Origin: Marsupella aquatica
Taxonomy: Eukaryota; Plantae; Marchantiophyta
Direction: 5' to 3'
DNA: 64,000 bases
NCBI GenBank assembly: GCA_973895155.1
Contig: OZ316897.1
Location: forward strand, 1,452,515 to 1,516,514
In this document: piece after piece, positions 12,743-24,755 of the stretch
Numbering within the stretch: the first letter of the stretch is position 1
Layout: every line of letters begins with the position of its first letter
The notes under the pieces: generated by a model
The model's database searches: none
The model's input: the letters and a program-made list of their open reading frames with translations, nothing else
What the model was told of the DNA's origin: nothing
Position numbers and translations under genes: made by a program

Positions 12743-14803
12743 TCATGCATGTATCTCTACAAAATAACTAGAATGGGCTCTTGCGGCTCCTCTTGGTTGG
12801 CTTTTTGGCTGGCTTCTTGCCCTTATCCTTCCGGGGATCCTGTTGGTGACGGGTGCGTGATGGCCGTTGGCGCTCCTCCTCCTGCTGCTCCTCTGGCTCC
12901 TCCTGCCCCTCCTGCTCCTCCTCCTCATCCTCAGGGTCCTCCTCCTCCCCCTGGTCATCAACGTGTGCTGATGACACACGACTACCACCACTACCACGGT
13001 GGGAAGAACCTACCTCACGACTACTCCCCCCAAGCACCACTAGTACCAGAAGTAGCCCCCTCATCGTCATCACTACTGCTCACATCAGCACCCGACCCCT
13101 CAGGCTCATCCAAATCCTGCATCCATTACATATCATTAGTTTCCGCAAGACATAAAGGGTCACTCACAATGTTCGCATGCTAATCATATGCTTCACACTT
13201 AGACACTTACAGTAGCCAACTTGGCATCTACCATTGCAAAGAGGTACTTTTGTCCATGCTCTATCGCCACCTCAATATGCTTTTTTGATATCTTCCTTTT
13301 GTACCTCCGATACTGCCATGCATAAAACCAATTAAAATTGGTTAAATTTGCCCTTAAGCATACCCTATAGCCACAAGTGACGCCTAAATCCTCAACTACT
13401 AAACACGACCCAGAAAATTTTTTTAATTCAAATTTGCGAACCTATAAGCATGGCAACTTGCGAACCACATTTTTTGCAAAGGCGTTGCGATGGAGTTTGC
13501 AATGCGCATCTGTTCGCAAAGGCATCGGAAAATTGAAATGGAAAAAGTCCATGAGACTTTGCGAGGGGTTTGCGAACAAATGCGCATCGCAACACCTTTG
13601 CAAACTGTGTTCCCAAGAGTTTTTAAAAATTTGCCAAAAATTCTAAGTGTCAGAGTTGCCCTAAACTAGTAACCAAGCAAGCATGCACAACAGCAAGAAC
13701 ATTTGGGGATGTCATTCACTTGCATTGCACAACTCTGAAAGGAATAGAGAGGTTAGGGAGGAGCAAGAGGCACTCACAAAGTGTGACTTGAGGCCGGGGA
13801 GCCCGCCTTGACCCAACTTGTGGACTGGATTGGGGGTGGATTTCACTCGTTTGGCTGCATCTGTGAAACGCTTGGGTGGCTTTCCCTCCTGGTTGGCCAC
13901 CTTCTGCATCTCAGCTACCTTCTGCTCAAGTGGCTTCAGGTCGTGGTCAGAGGGGAGCTTCCCGGCCTCCTTTGCTTTCAAGGCTCGATCTAGATTGCCC
14001 TTCCACTCTTCCAACTCGTGAGCTGCCTTAATTTGCACCTCAATCTTGTAAAACAAATTCCAGATGTCCTCGGTGAAGTGGAGGGGTTTGTGCAAGTTCC
14101 TGTATGATCTCAAGTCTTTCAGGTGGGCTCTAATCTTCATCCTGTCATGGTATCGCATTTGAGACATAGAATTTGAAATCTTATCTGCCAACCATTGCTC
14201 ATCTATGTTAGGCCCATTGCAAAATGCATCCTTGATTTGGTTGATGACCCTCTTTCGCTCTGGCTTCTCAATCTTCCCCACTGCATGCCTCGTGAGAAAT
14301 TGCTTGTGATAATCTGCTTGATTGTGCTCTTAGCCCCTGCATACGCTAGCTCAATTGGAGTCCCACTCGTCTCCAAGGCAATGAATGGAAGTTTTTTTTC
14401 TTGCTTCCTCTTTCTGACGTTGCTCCTCCCTCTGTTTTTGAATTGAATCTCTCTCCTCTCTTCTCTTCTGCTTCTCTAGGGCTTGAGGAGAGGCAACTCC
14501 CGACTTAGTTCTTTCCTCTCTCTTCCTTTTTTTCTCTCTAGCCTTCTCTTCAGCTGCGGCCCTCTCCTCCCCCTCTCTAGTAGCTTGTCCTGCTACAATC
14601 CCAGTTTGCAAAACCTGTCCAAGAATGGCACTCAAAGAGGCAAGCCCTGCTGGAGAATTGAGATTCACTTCTCCCAATTGTGCAGCATTGAGATGTTGGG
14701 CCACTAAGTCTGCCCAGGCATTCTTCTCTTTCTCTGGATTTCCCCCATTGCCACTATCACTACCACTACCACCTTGCCCTCCACTCCCCTCACCGGTAGC
14801 CAT
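12743..14803 (-). pseudogene. TnpA-like/ORF2 accessory gene of CACTA 1, divergent from the transposase
   Basis: ORF pieces 14351-14803 and 13712-14281 (HKLGQGG motif) and an acidic tail at 12768-13073. Frameshifted and probably spliced. Confidence 0.5.
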
Positions 14804-15229
14804 AGCTCCCCTCTCTCACAGTCTCCCTCGTACTGTCACGCACGCCCCGGCCACTCTCGCCCGAATGCGAGCTCCCGCCAATGTTTACGCCGTTCAAAAA
14901 CGGGTTTGCAATGACATACGCATGGGAAACTGCGAAGCCAACGCCCTCACAAATAGTCTCGCAACTTGCGAGGCACTTCCAAATCTATTCCCTTCGCAAG
15001 GCCATCGCAACCCGCAAAAGACCCCAAAAATCGTTCTCAGCCTCTGTTTTTGCGAAGTAAGTGCGAAGGCCGTAGGTTTGCAAAAAGATTCTCTAACTTG
15101 TGAAATAATTTGCGAGGCAGGTCTTATCGGTTTAGGGTTGGAAAACACTTTGGGGTGTCAAACGGCTATTAAGGTTTGTCAAACGGCATTTAAGGTATGT
15201 TAAGTGCCCATAAGTTAACATGGAAGGGG

Positions 15230-16216
15230 TGTCAATGGATGTTTGGGTTGTAAGGATAACTAGAATATAAGTTAACAAAGGTTTGGGTTTAATTAAAAGT
15301 TAGGTTTATATTTGGTTTTAATCTAGGAGTATTTGGTTTAATTAAGGGGGTTAAAACTTGGGTTAGGTTGGAATAAAAGGGTTGGGTTTAAATTAATGGG
15401 TTTGGCTTAGGGTTCAAGGTAGAGGTTTGCATTAGGTTGTGAGTAATTACAGGGGTTGGGTTTGGTTTTAGTTGAGGGGTTGAATTGTGGTTTTTTTTTT
15501 AAGGGATTGGGTTTGGTTTTTAGTTGGGGGGTTTAATTGTGGTTTTTTTAAAGGGGTTGGGTTTCTAATGTAAGTGTTTGGTTTGGGGTGTAACATGATA
15601 TAGGGTTGGATTTGGTTCTAATTGAGGGGGTACAATTTTTGCTTAAGTTTTAAAAAAGGGCCTCAATTTAGGGGTTAGGGTGAAGTTTAGAATAACTATA
15701 GGGGTGGGGGTTGGCCTATATAGGTAAAGTAAGGTGTAGATAGGGTAAGGGTTTTATATGTAATTAGGGGATTTGGGTTGGGTTTAGGGTAAAGGTTTGA
15801 ATTTTTAATGAGGGATTTGGGTATTGGTTAGGATAAGGGTAAGGGTTTAGGGTGCTTGAGGGATTTGGGTTAGGTTTTAATGAAGGGTTTCATTTCATGG
15901 TTTGGGTTTAGGGGAGGGGTTTGGGTTTAGGGTAAAGGTTTGAATTTTTAATGAGAGATTTGGGTATTGGTTAGGATAAGGGTAAGGGTTTAGGGTGATT
16001 GAGGGATTTGGGTTAGGTTTTAATGAAGGGTTTCATTTCATGGTTTGGGTTTAGGGTAGGGGTTTGGGTTTAGGGTAAAGGTTTGAATTTTTAATGAGGG
16101 ATTTGGGTATTGGTTAGGGTGAGGGTAAGGGTAAGGGTTTAGGGTGATTGAGGGATTTGGGTTAGGTTTTAATGAAGGTTTCATTTCATGGTTTGGGTTT
16201 AGGGTAGGGTTTGGGT
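15230..16216 (+). repeat. G/T-rich telomere-like tract with three ~143-bp tandem units
   Basis: Many GGGTTTAGGG/GGGTT motifs. Units start at about 15781, 15924 and 16067. Confidence 0.85.
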
Positions 16217-16652
16217 TACTTATATTTCTTTCTCTATCTCATTAACATGGAGTGGAAAACTCTTTGGCGTTGTAGGGCACTTCCCCATGTTTTTTAAAGT
16301 TTCGGCTAATGCATGATAATGCCTTGCGAGAGCCCGGGCATATGAAAGGTATAACGTTTTCTCATGCATTTCTAGTCATTGCTGTAAATATGGAGGGTTA
16401 CAATCTATCATCCTTTTTTTCTGGTTCACCATAAGGCATGGCTTAATTCATTGTATATTGGCAGATTTTCCCCTCCTTCTTCCAGATTTGGTTCATGAAA
16501 TTTGAGCCACAAGATCCGTCAAGGAATTGCTAAGCCCGGGTCTCATAAAGGTATTTTTCTGTCAATTCTTTTTAATATGTTTAGGTAGGGATTATCAATG
16601 ATGGTTTTGGTGAAGTTTTTACTAATCGCCTTCCAATTGCTATACTTGTCAG

Positions 16653-16886
16653 ATGTCTTCATCCTCTACAACTTCCACCACATCAGATTCCTCTTCTGAT
16701 GAAGAAAGTCGTCCTCCTCCTCAACCTGAACCAACCGTACGTCGACCTAGTGGTCCACCACGCCAACTTTGTGGTTGTAAAAAATGTGTGGGGATGGTTG
16801 TCCAAAAGTCATATGTATGTGCGGAGCACATTGCTCAATATGGCCAACATCGAGGTCTTACACCGGGAGCTTCTTCATCCCGTATG
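16653..16886 (+). CDS. First exon of the CACTA transposase gene: transposase-associated Zn-finger
   Basis: LCGCKKC...CAEHIAQYG, similar to RCPCAIC...VWRHIAVHG in CACTA 2. Ends at a phase-0 GTGAGT donor. Confidence 0.65.
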
Positions 16887-17191
16887 GTGAGTTGTAAACT
16901 TACTGTGATTTCCATTTTATTTTGTAAATCTTGCTAGGTAGCATAAAATAAAATTTGGGAGGTTCATCACACTCACTTGGTTCCATTTCTTCCTATAGGT
17001 ATCCAGTAGGCCTACACCTACTACACCAACACCCTATGTTCCCTCACAAGGAGTTCTAGATGCTATAGGCTTGGCACTTTCACAAGCTTTTCGTTTAGTG
17101 GCAGCAGGGCAAGGTAATGTTGGGACAATTCAGGGTGACGGTATTGTTACAAGAGGGAAAAAAAAGTCAAAAAGACAGCCTAGAGGGGAAG

Positions 17192-19520
17192 TGTCACGCG
17201 ATTGACATGGGTCTTAACACCAAAGACGTCACTATGGGTGCCAAAACCATCTCCTTGTACCTGAGGATCACGAAGGGATGTTGTGAAGGCCGGTAAACAC
17301 CAATTTATGCCCTTAACACCAGACTATCATAGCAAAGCTCTATCACACATCACCCAAGCTCAATCCCAAGGAACCAAGGTTGGGGATCAGATCAGCGCTC
17401 ATGATAGTTCTGGTGAGAAGGGGTCTTCATATCGGGCCCGTACACACAGGGCCTAGCGCTACGGTGCGCATAGGTCTATACGTATGCTTACTGTCATAGG
17501 TATGTTTCTATTCCGCCGCCGGAATGTACCCATAAACCAGTGACTCCTGACTGATTCCCAGCTTAGGGACTTCTAAGCCATTGCCCCACCACTCTGCCAT
17601 TCCACTCTCAGCAATCAGAGCTGTGACAGCCCTCACCCAACCCACTTCAATGCACCCGGTACACCTCTCAGTGGCGCTGCTAGTCTCATCATACACTCAG
17701 ATTGCCTCACACACACACACATCCATGAGAGAAATGAGGCCTGAAAGGAAAACTCAATTGGATTCAAAGATGTGCACAATAGTTCACTGAGAACACTTGA
17801 TCCGAACACTAGGCCCGAAGGCTGTCTCCTCCAGATTGCGACGTGCTTGCCCTGCAAGCCCCGTGCTTGCCATGCAAGCTCAATCCTGAACTCAACCTCC
17901 TTCACTGCACTTCATTCTTGGGGGCACATACAGATCTCACACCTCCAATTCAGAACGTCAAGTTACGCATGCATAGTTGACTCGACTTCAAAGCTGGTAC
18001 CAGGCCTAACCGCGATCTACCCCAGACTGCAATGAGGCCCGGCCTCACGCTTGCCCTGCAAGCTCAGCTCTGGCCATAGATCCCTTAGTGCTCTCCACCA
18101 GACAAAGGCCGGGACTCCCCATGGGTCACGTAGCCTTGCCAGACTGAACTGTAAATGCTCCTCCTGCTGCCCCTTAATCAGTACCTCAGCCTCCCTAATG
18201 TGCCCACCGCAAATCGAATTGAAATCCTCCCCACAGTTTACAATCACCAATACATCACCTATCACCAAGGCTCTGTATCGGGGGAAAAGAACCCAGTTGT
18301 GCTGCCCACTAGAAAGAGCCACAATCCAGCTCGCAAACCTAGCAACCCGTTGTTGTGAAGCTTGGCTGATTACTCCCTGAGTAATAGCACAACCAAGCTC
18401 TCCCCAACATGCAGCGTCCAAGTCCAGCCTTGCTTGCACAGAGCTCCTCCCCGCTGCTCAGTCTAAGTGAGATCACACAACTGAAGTCCCCCCCATCTCT
18501 ACCGGGGGGCTACTCTATATACTCTCATACTGAGCCCAAATGGTTGGGTACTACGCTGCTGGAGCCCCATCCCAGCCCTAACAGAGCCGCCACTATCTCT
18601 AACTACTGAACCCTAACTCGCAACTTTATTTCTATCTCGAATTGGCTATGTACTTCGGATTCGGCCCTCCTCCATGGTTTTCGCGAGCTTGCACCTCCTC
18701 TCCCGATTTCTCTATTTAACCATTTTCTACGTGGATAGCAGCGTTGGAAGCGGCTTGAGCTCCTCTTTCCAACGAGGTCAATTATAGCCGATTTGGTCAA
18801 ATACATAGAGAGTTATGCCCCCGCAACCGAGAGGGGGTACTCACTGCTGCGCTAACCCGAGTTACATAGCTAACCCGAGTTTGGCTAACCTAGCTATCCT
18901 ATCTAACCCGAGTAGAGCTAACCCGTGGTCTCGGGTTAGGCTGCTACCCGCTATCCGCTATCCGCTAACCTAGCCTAAGCTGAGCCCGAATCCGAGCTTA
19001 CCTATGCTAACCTGAGCTAAGCTGAAGCCGTGTTGACCTGAGCTAAGCTGAAGCCGTTCTTACCTAAGATAAGCTGAAGCCGTGCTTACCTAAGCTAAGC
19101 TGAAGCCGTGCTGACCTGAGCTAAGCTGAAGCCGTGCTCACATAAGCTAAGCCGTGGTCGAGCTTGGGTTAACCCGAAACTGAAGCCGAATCCGCTAATT
19201 CCGGCCACAAGTTAACCCGTCACACTAATCAGGCCGTATCTTTCTTAATACACCTCTGTTTCCCAAGTGTTTTATATCGATTTTACTCGCCTTGACCAGA
19301 TCTTTCCAATGCTCTTTACAGATCCGGATTTGGTGACATATTGAAAGAGATATGGTCACCAACCACCTGCGGCATAGCTTTTATTTCCCTACTCTTAACG
19401 CCATGATTGCCCTTATTCTTGCCATCTTGCTAATTGTTATGTAATATCAATAGCTACTCCTTGCATACAGCAACCTACTTAATCAGATTACAAAATAAGG
19501 ACCATGTCATTGGCGTCACA
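17192..19520 (-). mobile_element. Solo-LTR-like unit F (2329 bp)
   Basis: TGTCACGC...GCGTCACA ends with TSD GGAAG (17187-17191, 19521-19525). Same termini as unit D. No convincing ORF. Confidence 0.88.
19010..19157 (+). repeat. 26-bp tandem repeat (ACCTGAGCTAAGCTGAAGCCGTGCTG), about 5.5 copies
   Basis: Directly visible, preceded by degenerate GCTAACCCGAG repeats from about 18850. Confidence 0.9.
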
Positions 19521-19663
19521 GGAAGTGGATCAGTACACTTGTAGGTTGATGGTAGATGGGGCCCTTGTACCTTCACAGGGAAGTGTGTTCCTATCATAAA
19601 GGATTGGAATCCGGAGTACCTTGGTTTGCCATGTGATATAACCTATGGTGAGGAGATAGAAGT

Positions 19664-20146
19664 TTGGGGAAGACGTTGGTTGTCAAGAGTTTGACCCTAG
19701 GGGAGAGGCATGGGTATGGGATTTTCTCTTGTCAGGACATTATTGTGGATGATATGGGTGGAAAAGGGCGCTCTTTGGATGGACCAACGTTGTTCCCGTA
19801 TGGTGGACCCATTTACAAGAGGAGACATTGGAACATGATCCTTGTTCAACACCCTGAGTGGAAGACTTATGCATTGGACATGGATACTTTTGATGGTTGC
19901 ACCAGAAATTATTGTGACCAGCGTATAATTGATGGTGATCCCATCCATAGTGGGAATATTGCCGGTTTCATCAATAGTACTGTGGGGACCCGGCCTAAGC
20001 GTAGGAAAACCTGTGAATGGATTTTTGTTGATGGTCCCCCTCCAGCCCCTTATGGGCAGAGATATCATCATGACCATTGTCTAGTTCTAGCTAATAGGAC
20101 CATTCTGGCTGGAGAGGAGTTGTTTACATATTATGAATGGGATTAG
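19664..20146 (+). CDS. SET-domain protein segment (lysine methyltransferase-like) inside CACTA 1
   Basis: SET motifs in the correct order: GYGIFS.QDI; YGG; IIDG...GNIAGFINS; LANRTILAGEELFTYY. The upstream part of the exon is disrupted by unit F and a frameshift. Confidence 0.85.
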   Translation: MGKTLVVKSLTLGERHGYGIFSCQDIIVDDMGGKGRSLDGPTLFPYGGPIYKRRHWNMILVQHPEWKTYALDMDTFDGCTRNYCDQRIIDGDPIHSGNIAGFINSTVGTRPKRRKTCEWIFVDGPPPAPYGQRYHHDHCLVLANRTILAGEELFTYYEWD

Positions 20147-20296
20147 GATTACTTTAGGGACATGTATTATATGTTCATCGTATGTGAACGTATGTTTTGT
20201 AATGACATGTTCTTTTTATATTGTTAATAATATGTTTCGAGCACTACTATATTTGGAGTTAATTTCATTGTGAATGCTTTATTGTATTGTCTATAG

Positions 20297-23200
20297 AATG
20301 TGCAGCCTAGTCAAGATATGTTGCCAAGGAGGTTGAGAGCTACATATCAAGAAATGGACTTGCCACAAGACGGGGAAACATCATCAGTAGATTCCTCATC
20401 AAGTGACAATGATAATGACAGTCCAGATGAAGGGGCACCTCGGACAGATTATGAGGTCATGCAAGACCAAGAGTCAACCATGGATGACTTCATGACAGAT
20501 TGGTTTGGTGTAGACATTGGTGGTGAAGGAGGTGTCCCACCCAATGAAGGAGATCCTCCACCAAATGTTGCACATGATCCAAGGCCTCAACGTACACCTG
20601 AAGGACAAAAACAATGGGAAGAAGCTGAGGCACATGCTAGAACACCTATTTATGGGGGTGCTCGTTTGAATAGACTATCTGCCATCTTGGCATTGATGAA
20701 TCTTCAGGCAAAACACAAGGCAAGCAATGCGCTACTATCGGATTTGTTTGCAATTTGCCATGATCTCTTGTTACCCAGTGAAAATGTGTTGCCAGGAACT
20801 TGGAAGGAGGCAAAGAGGGTTCTATCATCCATTGGCATGGAATACCATATCATTCATGCTTGTGTGAATGATTGCATTCTCTATCATGAGACCAATGCCA
20901 GCGCAATTGAGTGTCCAATTTGTCAAGAGCCTCGATATGAAACCAACATGTTGACCTCAAAGGTGCCTAGAAAAGCTGTTCATTGGTTTCCTATTATTCC
21001 TCAATTGTTGCACATGTACCGATGTTTTGACTTGGCAGAATTGATGGTATGGCATAAGACACATCGATCAGAGGCCGGAGTCATGCGGTTGCCAGTTGAT
21101 TCCCCTGCTCACAAGCATGTGGAGTCACAATGGCCAAAGTTTGCACGTGACCCTCGTCATGTGAGGTTGGGGTTGGCATCAGATGGGGTGAGCCCACATT
21201 CCCTTGGAGGGAAAGGGCGCCCTACTTTGGTTTGGCCGGTGGTTGTTATGAATTACAACCTTCCCCCATGGTTGTCCATGAAACAGGGATTCTTATTGCT
21301 ATCATTGATTATCCCAGGTCCATCTAAGGTAAAAAAACATGGACACCTACTTGGCGCTCTTGGTTGGGGAACTCCATAAATTATGGGGGGGTGTATGGGC
21401 ATATGATGGTCGGACAACTACAGGAGGGTTACCACGTGTCTTCCAATTGAAGGGAATCATTATGTGGACCATGCATGACTATCCAGGTGAGTGGTATGGA
21501 TTTGTATTTTTTTCATGTATTGGAGATCAGGTTTGTTTGGAAGGAAGTCCCTCTTTAATTCTATGTACATGAACTTTTCAATTCCTTTGACTCTAATTGA
21601 GAATGTTATTTTGTGAGCAGGGTTTGGGTTTGTTTCTGGGTTCCAAACTCAAGGGTACAAGGCATGCTCCACTTGTGGTCCAAGCCTTCACGATATGGCC
21701 AAGTACTCAAAATGGCTGCACAAGATAATCTACCTTGGTCATACCAAGTTTCTTCCACTTGGGCATCACATGAGGTCTGACCCCCTTTTGTTTTCAGACT
21801 TTGACATGATCAATGGTGATGAGCGTGAGATACCTGACCGCACAACATTTTCGTATTGAAAATCCATAGCTGATAGGGTGGCAGACCCTGAAGATGCCAT
21901 GGGATTTGATGGTAGTGGATTGACAAGGTGGAGTATACTGGACACTTTGCCCTATTGGCCTGAGTTGAAGATTCATCACTTGTTAGACCCCATGCATATA
22001 GAGGGAAATGTTGGGAAGGCTTTGATCAAGCACTTTTATGGGGAAAAGAACATTAATTTTAGGGAGGCATGCCAGGATCTAGAACGACATCCAGATGTAT
22101 GGATAACAGTTGATGAATCCACAGGGATGGAACATCGTCCTTCAGCTCCATGGGTTTTGAGTGTTGGTGAAAGAAGAGAGTTTCGACAACGCATAGGGCA
22201 GATGCGGTTTCCTACAGGCTATGGTGCCAATCTACGTAAGGCTTTTGGGATGGAGGACAGTCATAAATGGCCAATGTATCTCAAGACACATGACTATCAT
22301 CGTTTACTACAACATATACTTCTTGTGGCAATCATAGGTTTGGGGAATGAAGAAGTGCAAGACGCCCTTTGGTCACTGGGCACTTTGTTGAGATGGATAT
22401 GCTCAAAGGAAATATATGAAGAAGAGATACCACGGATGGAGGTATTGGCAGCAGAGGTGGTATGCAAGTTGGAGAAGGCCCTCCCTCCTTCCTTCTTTGA
22501 TTGTTAGGTGCATCTTCTCGTTCATCTTGTGAGGGAGGTTGCCATTGCCGGTCCGGTGCATTGTAGGTGGATGTATTGGCTGGAAAGGTATATGGCCGTG
22601 TTAAAGGCTTATGTACGGAACCGTGCACGAGTGGAGGGGAGCATGGCAACTAGATACTTGGCAGCTGAGAGTATGTTTTATTGTAGTAACATCTTAGCTA
22701 CCATTGATCCTAGTTGTCCACGCACTTGGATGGAAGAGAGGGAAGTGGAGGAGGACCGTTTAACAGGTGCAAAAAAAACACGCTTACTAACCGCAGTGGA
22801 GTTGACACAGGTTAGTACTTTCATGTTGAGTAACAGCAATGTGATGGAAGATTGGAGAGAGTTTTATGAGGATGCAAAGAGGGAGAGTCGTCGCCCAAGG
22901 ATCTTTCCAAAGTTCCTTGAGTATATGAAGGAGAAAGTACTTCAGTTGGATGCTATGGTGGCCCAAGGTGAGAATGTATCACATTTTCCAGATATGACTC
23001 CTGAGGTTCGAAACAATTGTTCATGGTCCTTTAAGACTTGTTCAGACCATAACAGCAATGTGGACACAAGAGAGGCATTTCAGGATTTCTGACCTTGATG
23101 AGAAGAGGGGAAGAACTTTTGATTGTGGAGTTCAAGGGCAGTTCATGCAAGATTCACAAAGTAGTCGTCGTGACACTAATGTGATCAAAGATGTGGTGCC

Positions 23201-23522
23201 TCACTATGGGAAGATTGAGGAGATCTTGATCATATCCTATGATGCCGATTCCAAATTTGAAGAGTATGTCTTCAAGTGTAAGTGGTTCAAAATTCACCTG
23301 GTTGGTGATAATCGCACGATACTTCTTGATGAGTGTGAGTTTACTCGACTGAAGACATCAGCAACTAGCTTTCAACCATCTCATTGGCAAACATCTGAAC
23401 CATTTATATTCCCACGTCACCTTGAGCAGTGTTTCTATATTTCGTACCCACCAGACCCAGAGTGGTCAATTGTTATACCGTTATGTGCCACGGTCCCATT
23501 CCATTATCTCGGAAAAACCTGA
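20297..23522 (+). pseudogene. CACTA Tnp2/TnpD transposase (Transposase_21, DUF4218, DUF4216 regions)
   Basis: IHACVNDCILY, RHVRLGLASDG, NYNLPPW, DPMHIEGNV, KTHDYHRL, PPSFFD, HLLVHLV, WMYWLER. Contains frameshifts and stops. Confidence 0.93.
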
Positions 23523-24040
23523 CGTTATTATTGTGTCAAATGGAGGAGAGGATGAGGACCAGGTTTGATGCACTAGTAGTAAAACTTGTTGTGGCCCCAG
23601 AATTTGACCCTAAACTAACTATCATGGTTTTATTTATATTAACATATTAATTTTCTTCTTTTGTTTTACAAACACTTAATTGGACTTTGAAATTTTATCT
23701 CACTGTTATATATGCAACCCTAGCCGTTTCCAAAGCTATCCTCATGCATGCCACCTTTTTGAAAACCCTAGCTGTAACCTAAACACATGCATTCTCCATC
23801 TTGTAAAGAAACTCTCTCAAACATTTCCATTCTACAAACTTTTCAAACAACTCTCTTTGCAAAACATTTTCAAGCTTGTCAAGAAACAACTTCTGAACAC
23901 TTTGTGAATAACACACCATCAGTAATTGTGATGCCAATGGGTTCTCAACTTTGCGAATCAACTGGCTTCAGTAACTTGCGACTATTTATACTTCACAATA
24001 TTGTGCAAAGCTAATAGATTCACAAGATATATTTGAGTAC

Positions 24041-24210
24041 TGTTGGACCATGACAAGATGGAAAAAGATCTCGTGTATACTCCCAAGGAGAAGAATAAGT
24101 ACATGCGGCTTGAAGGCCGTTGCCCTGAGGCAGTTATCCTAACTGAGTTAGGTAGAACTCTAGTTAGGCAAGTAGAACTATGGTAAGTAGGTTTAACCTG
24201 GGTTACAACA
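24041..24210 (-). repeat. Copia 3' LTR
   Basis: Direct repeat of 29747-29916 with one visible mismatch. Confidence 0.95.
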
Positions 24211-24755
24211 CTCCCCCTTGGGTATGACATTTTCCAGGGAAACAGTTGTACCCATTCTAAACCTGCTTTGTTTCTACTGTATTCTTCTGCTTTCTCCTAT
24301 TTTATTTTCTCATCATGATATAGTTAGGGAATAGGATGTGACCTCCCTAAAACCTCCCCATCAATGGGAGGAAAGAGTATCACCATCCATGTTCCAAAAA
24401 CAGTTGTAGACTAATCAGAATCCTAAAAAGAATTATGTCCTGAATAAACAGGGGTACTAAGGGTGTGTATGCCGTAACATGTGTGTATAGAGACGGTATC
24501 GTGAGTAAAGTCGTGTCATTTTAGTGGTGAGTAGTCGTATGGAAACCGCATCGTAAGCCCTAAAGTTAGTCGTGGTGGGCCGCATTCGCTCGAGGCTCGT
24601 GGAGATGGTGGGCCATACTTCGGATGGTCGTGAGATGGTGGGTCGCACAGCGTTTGGTCGAGCCCGTGAGCGCGGCTTTTTCGGACGTTGCGTGCATGTT
24701 GCTACGTAGACTCTCCAGGTGATGTGCTCCCCCTGGAACGTGGGGTCGATGAATA

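Noticed and set aside
12749-13183. Proline-rich extensin-like ORF on the + strand
   Set aside because: It is the antisense of a GAG-rich acidic exon on the minus strand.
19010-19157. CRISPR-like array
   Set aside because: Head-to-tail tandem units with no unique spacers, in a eukaryotic LTR context. The same applies to 33011-33350.
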